Notes: a model not told the origin generated them from the letters alone. Numbered from the stretch's first letter, positions 40,716-50,804 are shown. The stretch is 64,000 bases of DNA from Pseudomonadota bacterium (GCA_043825735.1 JBDRRP010000068.1:62001-126000); one strand, 5' to 3'. Translations and numbers: made by a program.

Positions 40716-42011
40716 TCACTTTTCCTGAAACGTCTCCTTCATCAATACCGCGCAGCAAAGCGCCACGGCCGATGAGACCAGCAAGGCCAGCAGCAGGGCC
40801 GTGTAGCCTTCAACGACGGTGCCGCCAGCGGCCGTTTTGGGATAGCCGTCCAGGATTTTGCCCAGCAGCGGCATGAAGACCGCACCGCCCAAAAAGGGAA
40901 AGAGATTGACTGTCCCAACGGAAGTGCCGGCAATCTCTACCGGAAAGAGCTCCTTGGTGGTGGTGAACCCCAAGACCACGACCGATGAGGCACACACCGA
41001 CAGGACGAAAAAGAGCACGTAAAGGACCGGAACGGACAAACCCTCGGGATAAAAGGTCATGAAACCCAGCTCTGCGGTCAGCACTGCTGTGCAGAGCAAA
41101 ATCGGTTTCTTTCGGCTTTTGAGAATTCTGTCCGATATGAATCCGAGCAGGGGGCTGCCGACGATCATCCCCCAGGCGATCATGCTCAGAACACCTCCCG
41201 CCTCGGCCCGAGTCATGCCGTAAACATGCATGAGATAGGGCCCCCCCCACAGCGCACCGAAGCCGAAAAAGATGCCGCAGTCGAAAAAGAACCAGATGGC
41301 CACCGGCCAGAAGTATTTTTCGGAAACCACCCGGCGGGCGCCGGCCATCAGAGAGATGGTCTGCGGGGCCGGCGGGGAGCCGCCGCTGTCCCGGTCGATT
41401 TCGAAAATGGACGGCCAGCCGCGGTCCTGTGGGCGGTCCCGCACCACGATCCAGGCCAGCGCCGCGATGGCGAAGGTGAGGCCGCCGATCAACTGAAAAG
41501 AGAGGCGCCAGCCCAGGGTCGCCGTCATCAGGGCGAGCAGCCACGTGGCAGCCAGCACACCGGCACCGCCGACGGCGTTGAGAATTCCCGCCATGGAAGC
41601 GAATTCCCGGGGACGGAACCACTGGGCCAGGATCTTCATGGTGGGGATAAAGACCATTGAGACGCCGAATCCCACGAGCACCCGTCCGGCAAAGGCCACG
41701 GTAAGATTGGGCGCCAGGCCGAAGAGGATGCTCCCCACCGAGGCGATCAGCAGAAAGGCGGCCACGGTTTTTCTCGGCCCGATGGAGTCCGCGAGCAGAC
41801 CTGCAGGGATCTGCATTGCGGCGTAGCAGTAAAAGTAGATCGAACCGAGCAGTCCCAGGACGCTGGCCGAGGTGTGGAACTCGCGGACCAGGTCGTTGGC
41901 CACCACCGACAGGGAGAGCCGGTGAAAATAGACGAAGAGGTAGGCCAGGGCGAGAATGCCGAAAATGGCCCAGCGGTACCGCAGCAATTGCCTGATGTGG
42001 TCCTGGCGCAT
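40716..42011 (-). CDS. MFS transporter
   Basis: About 12 TM segments; GLLADSIGPRK motif A; YFHR..SVV N-terminus. Confidence 0.92.
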   Translation of the reverse strand: MRQDHIRQLLRYRWAIFGILALAYLFVYFHRLSLSVVANDLVREFHTSASVLGLLGSIYFYCYAAMQIPAGLLADSIGPRKTVAAFLLIASVGSILFGLAPNLTVAFAGRVLVGFGVSMVFIPTMKILAQWFRPREFASMAGILNAVGGAGVLAATWLLALMTATLGWRLSFQLIGGLTFAIAALAWIVVRDRPQDRGWPSIFEIDRDSGGSPPAPQTISLMAGARRVVSEKYFWPVAIWFFFDCGIFFGFGALWGGPYLMHVYGMTRAEAGGVLSMIAWGMIVGSPLLGFISDRILKSRKKPILLCTAVLTAELGFMTFYPEGLSVPVLYVLFFVLSVCASSVVVLGFTTTKELFPVEIAGTSVGTVNLFPFLGGAVFMPLLGKILDGYPKTAAGGTVVEGYTALLLALLVSSAVALCCAVLMKETFQEK

Positions 42012-42087
42012 GGCTTTTCCCCCCGTTGTGCTGCTGGATAGAGTTACTTGTTTATAACACCAAAAACCGATTCTCGCGCCATGACGC

Positions 42088-42228
42088 CAAGAAGATCGAA
42101 CTTCGAACATCGAACGTCCAACGTCGAATGATGAATGAAAAGAAGAACGACGGAATGGCATTGGATGGCTGTCAATGGGTTTTTCATTCGACGTTCAATG
42201 TTCAGCGTTCGATGTTGGGCGTTCATCG
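42088..42228. repeat. 7-mer periodic palindromic intergenic element
   Basis: tcgaact tcgaaca tcgaacg tccaacg tcgaatg ... cattcga cgttcaa tgttcag cgttcga tgttggg. Confidence 0.8.
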
Positions 42229-42231
42229 GTT

Positions 42232-42274
42232 AAAAGGCAAAGGGCTGCCGTCGCGGTGTTGCGATGGCAGCCCT
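42232..42274 (-). terminator. Intrinsic terminator downstream of the thiolase
   Basis: agggctgccgtcgc / gcgatggcagccct hairpin with a T-rich tail on the minus strand. Confidence 0.7.
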
Positions 42275-42352
42275 CTGGAAAATTCGCCTTTCGGGGATCC
42301 CGTCATGTGGTCTCCGAGTGCGCTGTGGTTCACACGCAGTGCCAGGCCAAGA

Positions 42353-43543
42353 TCAACTTACTTTGACCACCAGGGCGCCGCCCGTGTCACCGGCGGCGCA
42401 TCCGGCAAAGAGCATGTACCCGCCGCCCTTGATCACCGTCTCTTCGATTCCCTCGATGATGGCCCGGCCGGCGGTGGGCGCCTGGGGATGGCCGTAAATC
42501 AGCGAGCTGCCGTAGTTGTTGAATCCGTTGACGTCAATGCCGAACTGGTCGGCCATATAGATGTCATTGGCGGCAAAGGGGTTGTGGGTTTTGATCACGG
42601 CCACATCCGAGATGCCGATGCCGGCCTTGTCCAAAGCCATCCGGGCGGCAGGTACCACGGCCATGGCCATGAACCCCTTCTTGGCCCGGGCAAAGCCGTA
42701 GGAGAGGACCTGGATCTCGCGGTCCGGATCGGTGCTGAGTTCCCTGGCCTTTTCCCGGGTAGTGACGGTGATGGCGCAGTGTCCGTCGGCCGGGTGGGTC
42801 TGAGCGCCGAAGGTGTGAACCCCCTCAGGAAGCACGGGCCTGAGCTTGGCCAGGCCGTCGGCGGTGGTGGGGGTGATGCCTTCGTCGGCGTCCACGGTCA
42901 GGGTCTTTTTCTTGGAGATCTGCACTTCGGCGGCAAACATGTAGCGCTTTTGAAAGGCCCGGTCGTCGGCCAGGGCATCGGTGTATTGTTCGTAGCGTCT
43001 CAAGGCTACGGCATCGCACTGCTCACGGGTGACGCCGGCCTCTTTGGAGACGTTTTCAGCCGTATTGATCATGGCGCCTTTCGCCCAGGGGTCGCGGCCG
43101 AAATTGTCCATCATCCAGTTTTCCGACAGGACTTCGCCGCCGGGACCGTTGGGGTTGGGCCAGATGGTGTGGGGGCCGTTGGAGCACCGATCGGTCATCA
43201 GGCAGTAGGCGTTGGCATAGAGGCCGGCGTCGACCCCCATGGCGGCCTGAAACACGCAGGTGGTGGAGGTTGAGCAGGCCTGGCTGATGAGCATGCCCGG
43301 GATCTTGTCGGCTCCGGTCAGCGCCGCGGCCCAGGGGCTGCCGTAGAACCACTGGGGCTGGCCGATGGTCATGCCGAGAAAGAGATAGTCGTACATGCCG
43401 GCATCCCAGCCTTTTTTTGCAAACCACCGCTTAGAAGTCTCGGCTGCCAGCTTGATGGCGTGGGCCGTGGCCATGCTCCCCTGCCAGCGGGCAAAGGGCG
43501 AACTGTAATAGCCTCCGTAGGGAATGAACGCTTTGGTCAACAT
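42353..43543 (-). CDS. Thiolase family protein (atypical motifs)
   Basis: QACSTS nucleophile, ADG, GHP and GCAAG motifs. Confidence 0.88.
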   Translation of the reverse strand: MLTKAFIPYGGYYSSPFARWQGSMATAHAIKLAAETSKRWFAKKGWDAGMYDYLFLGMTIGQPQWFYGSPWAAALTGADKIPGMLISQACSTSTTCVFQAAMGVDAGLYANAYCLMTDRCSNGPHTIWPNPNGPGGEVLSENWMMDNFGRDPWAKGAMINTAENVSKEAGVTREQCDAVALRRYEQYTDALADDRAFQKRYMFAAEVQISKKKTLTVDADEGITPTTADGLAKLRPVLPEGVHTFGAQTHPADGHCAITVTTREKARELSTDPDREIQVLSYGFARAKKGFMAMAVVPAARMALDKAGIGISDVAVIKTHNPFAANDIYMADQFGIDVNGFNNYGSSLIYGHPQAPTAGRAIIEGIEETVIKGGGYMLFAGCAAGDTGGALVVKVS

Positions 43544-43568
43544 AAGTCTTCTTCTCCGAATTTAGTGT

Positions 43569-43694
43569 TGATGAAACCGTAGAAATTAATTTTTACCGCA
43601 GAGATCGCAGAGAATACGTTTAATTATTATGGAGTTATCTCTGCGCTCTCTCTGCGTCCTCTGTAGTGATTCCAGACTTTTTTCCGATGCGTCA
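43569..43694. repeat. Composite palindromic intergenic element
   Basis: Outer imperfect IR tgatgaaaccgtagaaa / ttttttccgatgcgtca encloses cgcagag / ctctgcg arms. Confidence 0.6.
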
Positions 43695-43698
43695 AGTG

Positions 43699-45249
43699 TT
43701 AGCGGTTTCCAAATCTCTCCCGGAGCACCCGGTGAAGGATCTTGCCGGTGCCGGTGCGCGGCATCTTTTCCTTGGTGATGAAAACGACCTGCTTGGGGCG
43801 CTTGAAACCGGCTGTTTTGTCCCGACAGTAATCGATGATCTGCGCTTCGGTCAGTTCGGCCCCGGAGTGAGGAATCACCACGGCAACGATCCGCTCGCCC
43901 CATTTGGGGTCCGGCACGCCGATCACCGCTGCGTCAAAGACGTCCGGGTGGCTTTCCACGACCTCTTCGACTTCGCTCGGGTAGACATTCTCGCCGCCGG
44001 TGATGATCATGTTGTCCTTGCGGTCCACGATTTCGAAGAAACCGTCGGCATCCTTACGAGCCATGTCACCGGCCGAAAACCATTCTCCCTGAAAGGATGC
44101 CGCAGTCTTGTCGGGCAGTTTGTAGTATTCGTCAAAAAGCATGGGGCCGCGGGAATAGAGCTCGCCCACTTCTCCCTGGGGCACTTCGTTGCCGTTTTCG
44201 TCGAGGATTTTGACAAAGTCGGTGCCCAGGGATTCTTTGCCGATGGAGCCGAGTTTTCTGAGCTGATCGGCGGGCTTGAGAACGGTGACGATACCGGCCT
44301 CGGTGGATCCGTATGCTTCGTAGAGCTGCACCCCTTTGAAAAATTCCATGATGGCCAGCTTCATGCTCTTTCTGGCCGGCGCCGACGAGCAGAGCAGTTT
44401 TCGAATGGCGCTGACGTCTCTTTTTCTGGCGTCTTCCGGCGCGTTCAGGATGAGATTGTAGTGGGTCGGAATCAGCGATATGAAGGAGATTTTTTCCCTT
44501 TCGATGATCTCCAGAATCTCTTCGGGTTTGAAGGAACGGGCCGGGTGGACATAGACCGATGCACCGATATACAGGAAGGTGAAAGTGAAGAAGGTGGAAT
44601 TGATGTGGCACAGCGGCATGACGTTGAGACAGACATCGTGCTCGGTGAATCCGAAATCCACGGCGTTGATCAGGTAAAAGGCCAGGTGGGATTCGTTGGA
44701 GCGCACGACGCCCTTGGGTTTGCCCGTGGTGCCCGAGGTGTAGATCAGGATCCAGGTGTCTTTCGCTTCGACGCGGACATCGGGTTCGGCATCACTCTGG
44801 TTTTCCATTAACGCGTCGTAAGGACGGTATCCTTCGACGGGACCGCCTGCCACGAAGTAGTGGTTCTTCGGCACCGATACCAATTCGTTTCGCACCCGTT
44901 CAATCTCCGGGGCAAACTCATCGTGGACCACCAGGGCGCTGGCGCCGGAGTTGTTCACGATATAGGCGATTTCCGGCCCCACCAGGCGGAAATTGATGGG
45001 AACGATCACCAGTCCGGTTTTGGCCGTGGCCAGGTAGAGTTCGATGATCTCGATGCTGTTTTCCAAGACCACGGCGACCCTGTCCCCTTTGCCCAGGCCC
45101 AGGGAGAGCAGGCCGTGGGCCAGCCGGTTGACCCGGCGGTTGCACTGGGGATAGGTGAAACGGCGATGGGCGTCCATCAGCGCGATGGTGTCCGGATACT
45201 TGCTGGCGTTGAGCTTGAGATGCTGGCCCAGGTTCATCCACAGTGCCAT
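43699..45249 (-). CDS. AMP-forming acyl/aryl-CoA ligase
   Basis: YTSGTTGKPKG, YGSTE, GDM, DRKDNMI.TGGENV and PRTGTGK motifs. Confidence 0.92.
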   Translation of the reverse strand: MALWMNLGQHLKLNASKYPDTIALMDAHRRFTYPQCNRRVNRLAHGLLSLGLGKGDRVAVVLENSIEIIELYLATAKTGLVIVPINFRLVGPEIAYIVNNSGASALVVHDEFAPEIERVRNELVSVPKNHYFVAGGPVEGYRPYDALMENQSDAEPDVRVEAKDTWILIYTSGTTGKPKGVVRSNESHLAFYLINAVDFGFTEHDVCLNVMPLCHINSTFFTFTFLYIGASVYVHPARSFKPEEILEIIEREKISFISLIPTHYNLILNAPEDARKRDVSAIRKLLCSSAPARKSMKLAIMEFFKGVQLYEAYGSTEAGIVTVLKPADQLRKLGSIGKESLGTDFVKILDENGNEVPQGEVGELYSRGPMLFDEYYKLPDKTAASFQGEWFSAGDMARKDADGFFEIVDRKDNMIITGGENVYPSEVEEVVESHPDVFDAAVIGVPDPKWGERIVAVVIPHSGAELTEAQIIDYCRDKTAGFKRPKQVVFITKEKMPRTGTGKILHRVLRERFGNR

Positions 45250-45385
45250 AAAAATTCCTCCGGAATTCTTGGCTCATGGCGATTAGCTCACAGCTGATGG
45301 CTCATGGCTTATAGGGTTAAACGTTCGGGCGCATTGCTTGCCCGCGGATTGCATTGCGCCACTGGCTTAGACCTTCAACGATCAG

Positions 45386-47467
45386 CTACAGGCTGATCCG
45401 CGCATCCACGGCCACCACGGCATCGGCAAAGGCCAGGGTGGGGTTCAGGTCCAGCTCCTGGATCGCCGGCAGGTCGGTGACCAACTGGTTGAGCCTCAGG
45501 AGAATGGCTTGAAGTTTGTCCAGGTCGGCCCCGGGCTGTCCGCGCAGCCCTCTAAGCAGTGGCGCAAGCTTAATTTTCCCAATCATTTCATTTGCTTCAG
45601 CGTCGGTGAGGGGCGTGAGGTTGAAGACCACGTCCTTTAAGACTTCCACGTAGATACCCCCCATGCCGAACATGATCAGGTGCCCCAGACCCTCTTCAGC
45701 CTTGGCGCCGAAAATGACTTCGGTGCCGCCGGGAATGAATTTCTGGACGAAAAATTTCAAGTCGGCGGCGCCAAATCGCGTCTTCATGTCGGTCACGGCC
45801 TTTGCAACGGCGCCGGCATCGGTCAGGTTGACCGCCACGCCGCCCATGTCGCTCTTGTGAACGATGTCGGAAGCATCGGCCTTGATGACCACCGGATATC
45901 CTATCTCATCGGCGGCGTGGGCGGCGTTTTCGGCCGAGTCGGCGATCCGCCACGGCGCTACCGGAATCCGGTAGGCCTCCAGGACGCTGTAGACTTCTTT
46001 GGCCGAGAGCATGGTCCGGCCCGAAGCGGCGGCGGCCTGAATGATTTTTTCGGCGCCGGCACGATCGACGTCGGTGAAGTTCACGGTCTTGCCCGGCCTG
46101 CGCGTCTGAATGTGATGGTAGCGGACCATGGCGGTCAGGGCCCGGGCTGCTACACCGGGCAGGCTGAAGCAGGGGATACCGCCGTCTTTGAGAATTTTGA
46201 CTGTTTCGGTCCACTGGCGGCGGTCGGTCATGAGGTTGCAGACGATGGGCTTTTTCTGCTGCTTGTTGACCGCCACGATTTCCCGGGCGATGGCGTCGGT
46301 GTCTACAAAAAAGGGCGTGACGAAGCCGACGTAGACGGCATCGAAGCTGTCATCTTCCATCATGGCATCCAGGCAGGCGCGATAGTGGGCCGCGTTGCCG
46401 GTGGCCAGAACGTCCACCGGGTTGTGAACCGAGGCCTCCGGGTAGAGCCGCTCCTTGAGATAGGCTTCGGTGGCGGCAGACAGGGGCGGCAGCTCGAGGC
46501 CGGCGCCCACCAAAACGTCGGTGGCGATGACGGCCGGCCCGCCGGTGTTGGTGATGATGCCGACCCGGTTTCCCTTGGGAATCGGCTGGCTCGCAAAGGC
46601 GCCGGCCGCCTGGATCAGCTCCCCTTCGTCCCGGAAAGAGAGGATGCCGGCTTTTTCGAAAATCAGGTCGGTGGCGATATCTTCCTTGGCCAGCCCCCCG
46701 GTGTGTGACGCGGCGGCCTTGGCCCCTTCGGCCGTGCGGCCCGCTTTCATGGCCAGGATCGGTTTTTTCGCCGCCACTTCTCGGGCCACGGTCATGAAGG
46801 TCTCCGGGTCCCGAAGCCCTTCCACATAGGTGACGATGACCCGGGTGCCCTCGTCGTCGCCAAGGTAGCGCAGTATCTCCGGAATGGTCACATCACAGGC
46901 GTTTCCGTTGGAGGCGTAGATACGGGTGCCGATCCCCATGACCGAAAACTCCTGGTGGATCACTTCGGCCACCCCGCCGCTCAGGGCGACGATCGAAACA
47001 TAGCCCGGATCGGGCTTGGTGAAAGTGAAATTGGCATAGGCGCGAATCTGGGGGTCGGAGTTGATGATCCCCTGGCAGTTGGGGCCGAAAACACGGATGC
47101 TGTGTTTTTTGGCCCGCGCCATGAAGTCGCTTTGAATCGCCTCCCCTTCGGGACCGATCTCGGCAAAGCCGCCGGAGTTGATGATGATGTTGCGCACGTT
47201 TTTCTTCCCGCAGTCATCCACGGCCTGGGGGACGAATTTGGCCGGAATGACCATGTGCACGATATCGATCTCATCCTCGGGGACATCGAGGATCGACTGG
47301 TAGGCCTTGATACCCCGGATTTCATCGGCCTTGGGGTTGATGGGGTAGATGCCGCCCGTGAAACCGAAGTCGATGAGATTTTTGATCACCCGGTTGCCGA
47401 TGGAAAGTTCCTTGGACGACGCCCCGATCACCGCCACCGATTTGGGTCTGAATAGGGATTGCAGCAT
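45386..47467 (-). CDS. ADP-forming acyl-CoA synthetase, fused alpha-beta
   Basis: GPNCQG, ASHTGG, NPVD, VHKSDMGGV and DLNP; no GNAT domain. Confidence 0.9.
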   Translation of the reverse strand: MLQSLFRPKSVAVIGASSKELSIGNRVIKNLIDFGFTGGIYPINPKADEIRGIKAYQSILDVPEDEIDIVHMVIPAKFVPQAVDDCGKKNVRNIIINSGGFAEIGPEGEAIQSDFMARAKKHSIRVFGPNCQGIINSDPQIRAYANFTFTKPDPGYVSIVALSGGVAEVIHQEFSVMGIGTRIYASNGNACDVTIPEILRYLGDDEGTRVIVTYVEGLRDPETFMTVAREVAAKKPILAMKAGRTAEGAKAAASHTGGLAKEDIATDLIFEKAGILSFRDEGELIQAAGAFASQPIPKGNRVGIITNTGGPAVIATDVLVGAGLELPPLSAATEAYLKERLYPEASVHNPVDVLATGNAAHYRACLDAMMEDDSFDAVYVGFVTPFFVDTDAIAREIVAVNKQQKKPIVCNLMTDRRQWTETVKILKDGGIPCFSLPGVAARALTAMVRYHHIQTRRPGKTVNFTDVDRAGAEKIIQAAAASGRTMLSAKEVYSVLEAYRIPVAPWRIADSAENAAHAADEIGYPVVIKADASDIVHKSDMGGVAVNLTDAGAVAKAVTDMKTRFGAADLKFFVQKFIPGGTEVIFGAKAEEGLGHLIMFGMGGIYVEVLKDVVFNLTPLTDAEANEMIGKIKLAPLLRGLRGQPGADLDKLQAILLRLNQLVTDLPAIQELDLNPTLAFADAVVAVDARISL

Positions 47468-47587
47468 TGCAGGCTCCTTGAATGGTTTTACGCTTATCTG
47501 TGAAGCTCAAGTATAGCGTCAAAGGCAAGTGTCCACGATGACTTTTGGTTACCAAATCTTCGTGTCCTGCGTGACTCCGTGTTGCAT

Positions 47588-48838
47588 TTACGCTTTCCTT
47601 TCCGCCAACTGCTCGATGAAGGCCTCCACATTGGTTTTGGTCTGCTCGTCGGAGATAAACCGCAGATCGTTGAGGTCGCCGTTGATGGTCAGACTCGGAA
47701 GACCGGAGTGTTTCTCCATACGCTGGGGCAGGCCGTAGCGGCAGTTGGAGTTGTTGGGGCAGGTCTTGGCATCGTGGTAGATGATCCCGTCGCATTTGAA
47801 GAAATCGAGCATCTCACCGATGTATTTTTCCTTGTAGTTGTCGCCGCGGACGATAAAGAGTTCCGTGTAGGCCCGCGCCATGCTCTCGAAGGGATCGTCC
47901 GGATCGAGGGCGGAAAAGATCCAGCTGTTGCAGTAGGTCGAGGCCAGAACATTGGTGTTCAGGGCGGCAAACATCTTGGCGTGGACGCTGAGCCGGCCCC
48001 AGACCGGCATTCCGTCCCAGTAAATGCGGAAGCGTTCGTTTTCGATGGCCCCTTCGCCGGCCGCCACCCGCCCCTGAAGTTCTTCCAGCAGGACCTTATA
48101 GGTGTCGTTGGCCCGCTGAGTGCCGCGTCCGACCACTGCCGGCCCCATGAGGGTCGTCCCGTCGAAGAAGGTGATGGGTGAGGGGACGGCCGATGCGGTA
48201 TCGAGAACCTTTTTCCACAGTTCCGAACATTCCCGGGAGAGCGCCACGGTCTCCTTGAACCGGTCCATGTCCAGTTTCTTCCCGGTCACCGCTTCCAGGG
48301 GGGTCACCAGTTCCTCCATCTGTTTGGCGATCGAGAGCAGGTAGGCCGAAGTGACCCCCTCGATGCCGACGTAGGAGTGAACACCGACCACGGGGACATC
48401 GTACTCACGCCCGTAGTACTTGAACCAGTCCTGGACGTCCCGGCACTGATTGGTGTTGAAAACCAGCACGTCGGGTTTGGGCGGACCTGCGATCCCTTCG
48501 TAAATTTTGGCCAGTGGAGAGACCCCTTCCAGATAGGCGCCCACATCCGCCGTGAGATAGGAGCAGATGTCCGGAGAGTAGCCGATGGCGTTGGCCTTGG
48601 GAATCAGGTCCGTTGCCATGCGCGTGGCGCCCAGCATGGCCGAATGGGTTTCGGGGAAGTAAACCAAAAATCCCATGGCCCGGAGGATTTCCGCCGGTCC
48701 CACGCTGGTGCACCAGGCGATTTTCTGCTCTCCGGTCTTGGCCGCGCCGTCCAGTTCATAGTAGTAATCCGCCATGAACTTGCCCGTGACGGCGGCGGAT
48801 TTGAGTTTTTTGATGGTTACCTTTTTTTCCTCGGACAT
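47588..48838 (-). CDS. 2-hydroxyacyl-CoA dehydratase alpha / class I benzoyl-CoA reductase-type subunit
   Basis: PETHSAMLGA, GYSPDICSY, NQC, DGIIYH..TC and TNVEAFIE motifs of the HgdA/FldB/BcrB family. Confidence 0.85.
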   Translation of the reverse strand: MSEEKKVTIKKLKSAAVTGKFMADYYYELDGAAKTGEQKIAWCTSVGPAEILRAMGFLVYFPETHSAMLGATRMATDLIPKANAIGYSPDICSYLTADVGAYLEGVSPLAKIYEGIAGPPKPDVLVFNTNQCRDVQDWFKYYGREYDVPVVGVHSYVGIEGVTSAYLLSIAKQMEELVTPLEAVTGKKLDMDRFKETVALSRECSELWKKVLDTASAVPSPITFFDGTTLMGPAVVGRGTQRANDTYKVLLEELQGRVAAGEGAIENERFRIYWDGMPVWGRLSVHAKMFAALNTNVLASTYCNSWIFSALDPDDPFESMARAYTELFIVRGDNYKEKYIGEMLDFFKCDGIIYHDAKTCPNNSNCRYGLPQRMEKHSGLPSLTINGDLNDLRFISDEQTKTNVEAFIEQLAERKA

Positions 48839-48856
48839 GCGTTCCTCCTAATTTAG

Positions 48857-49675
48857 CTATGCGCTGTTCTCTTCCATGGCGTACAGGGCGGCCCCGAGGG
48901 CACCGGTGAGCTGCGGTTGGGGCGGGACCACGATGGGCCGGCCCACCTGCTGGGCGGCCATGGTCACCAGGTAGGGGTTGTGGGCCACGACCCCGCCGGT
49001 CATCACCACGGTCTCGGTCAGGGCGTCCATCTCCAGGACCCGCTTGATCATCGACAAAAACAGCCCCTTGACAATGTCAGGGACCTTTCGGCCCGCTCTA
49101 ATCTTTTCCAGAACTTCAGTGGCCGAAAAAACCGTACAGAAACTGCCCAGCTCCACCATGTTTTCGCTCTGTTCGGCCATGGCGTTCATGGCCTCCAGCG
49201 GCAAGTCGAGTCGTACTGCCATTTCCTCGAGAAACGCCCCGGTGCCGGCAGCGCATTTCCGGTTCATCTTGAACCCGGTGCGGCGACCGGCGTCGTCCAT
49301 CTTGATGATTTTGTTGTCCTGCCCGCCGATGTCAATGATGGTCTGGGCCCGGGGATGGTGGTGGAAACACCCCTTTCCATGGCAGCTGATTTCGGTCTTG
49401 CTCTCGTTGGCCACCGCCACGTTCCTGCGGCCGTACCCGGTGGAGACGGCTGCGGTGATGCCCGCTTCGGTGATACCGGCCATTTTCATTGCTTCGGCCA
49501 GGCCGCTGGATGAACTATCGGCAAAATCGGTTCCCGATTTTCTCACGGCGTGGCCGATGATGTTCTTTTGGGCATCCAGTAGCACGACTTTGGTCCGGGA
49601 GGCGCCCACATCGATGCCGGCATAGACCTTTCCTGCGGTCGCGGCGTTTTGAATGTCAGTGTTTGATGCCATCAT
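48857..49675 (-). CDS. CoA-substrate-specific enzyme activase (HgdC/BadF/BadG/BcrA/BcrD ATPase)
   Basis: GIDVGAS.TK, TGYGR, IDIGGQD, KCAAGTG and FCTVF motifs. Confidence 0.93.
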   Translation of the reverse strand: MMASNTDIQNAATAGKVYAGIDVGASRTKVVLLDAQKNIIGHAVRKSGTDFADSSSSGLAEAMKMAGITEAGITAAVSTGYGRRNVAVANESKTEISCHGKGCFHHHPRAQTIIDIGGQDNKIIKMDDAGRRTGFKMNRKCAAGTGAFLEEMAVRLDLPLEAMNAMAEQSENMVELGSFCTVFSATEVLEKIRAGRKVPDIVKGLFLSMIKRVLEMDALTETVVMTGGVVAHNPYLVTMAAQQVGRPIVVPPQPQLTGALGAALYAMEENSA

Positions 49676-49678
49676 AGA

Positions 49679-50626
49679 TCAGAGTGTCGATTCCAGCCCC
49701 TTGACCAGATTCCGAAGGGTGAGGTTGTAAGGGGTCTCGATACCGGCCTGCTTGCCGTAATCGACGAATTTGCCGTTGATAAAGTCGATCTCCGTGCGCC
49801 GCTTGTTTTCGATGTCCATGAGCATGGACGGTTTGTGGTCGCCGGCGTTGCTCATGTACGTCACGGCGTGGGTATAAAAATCCCAGCCAAGGCTGATTTC
49901 GTTGGCGCGGGCCACTTTGATGCATTCTTTGATGAGGGCGTCCACGGTCTGAAAGATGATCGGATCGCTCATGGCCTTGGCCATGGTGACACCGGTAACG
50001 GCGCAGACGGGATTCATGCAGGCGTTGAGTATTCCTTTTCGCCATACCATGGAGACGATCTGGTCGGTATGTTCGGTTCCCAGGCCGCATTGGGTCAGAA
50101 CCCCGGCAATGGCTTTGGCCGCGTCGGCCGCCGAGGGTTCCAGTGCCTGAAGATAATGGGGGGGGTGATGAAAAGGCATTTTCACATGACCCGGACCGGC
50201 CAGCCCGCAACCGTAATTGACAACGGCCCGCATAACCGATTTTCTGCCGAGCACTTTGGCCAGTTCGAGCTCAGTGTCGATGCCGTTTTGCCAACTGATC
50301 ACCACCATCCCTTCGCGGTGAAAGGATTCCAGGGCAGAGGCGATCAGGGGCAGGACATTGGCCTTTACGGTGATGAAGATCACGTCCGGTTCGTACTGCC
50401 CGAGATCGTCGATGCTGGTGACGGTCCGCGTCACGGCCTGCTGAAGGGTTTCGGCGCCTTCGATCCGGATACCCGGGTCCAGGGCCGGGGCCAGAAGCGC
50501 CGGGATGACGTCGCACAGCGTGACTTCATAACCGCCTTTGGCCAGAAAGGCCGCGACGATGCAACCCACCGGTCCGGCGCCGATCACGGCGAATTTGCGG
50601 GGATTGAACTTGGGTTCCTCACTCAT
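49679..50626 (-). CDS. Ketopantoate reductase (PanE/ApbA) family oxidoreductase
   Basis: GAGPVG, TVKA, QNG, WRK..N..N, SMLMD..RRTEID.ING and TPYN motifs. Confidence 0.88.
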   Translation of the reverse strand: MSEEPKFNPRKFAVIGAGPVGCIVAAFLAKGGYEVTLCDVIPALLAPALDPGIRIEGAETLQQAVTRTVTSIDDLGQYEPDVIFITVKANVLPLIASALESFHREGMVVISWQNGIDTELELAKVLGRKSVMRAVVNYGCGLAGPGHVKMPFHHPPHYLQALEPSAADAAKAIAGVLTQCGLGTEHTDQIVSMVWRKGILNACMNPVCAVTGVTMAKAMSDPIIFQTVDALIKECIKVARANEISLGWDFYTHAVTYMSNAGDHKPSMLMDIENKRRTEIDFINGKFVDYGKQAGIETPYNLTLRNLVKGLESTL

Positions 50627-50715
50627 GTTGCACCCCCCTTTTTGAAATTTCCAATCTGGTTAAGCACAAAACTCTAGCAAAAGTGCCCGATGCCTCGTAA
50701 TACCCGATGGATTTG

Positions 50716-50798
50716 ATCACCACGAAGTTCACGAAGAACACGAAGGTTTTCTAAACCACCTGTTTTTTGGTTTTCTTCGTGCCCTTCGTGGTTCACAC
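50716..50798. repeat. 9-mer periodic palindromic intergenic element (cacgaag family)
   Basis: accacgaagttcacgaagaacacgaag ... cttcgtgcccttcgtggttcacac; reverse-orientation relative of the 26458 copy. Confidence 0.85.
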
Positions 50799-50804
50799 GC
50801 AGTG

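Noticed and set aside
45386..47467. Pat/PatZ protein acetyltransferase call
   Set aside because: No GNAT domain is fused and the catalytic His is retained, so an ADP-forming ligase is preferred.
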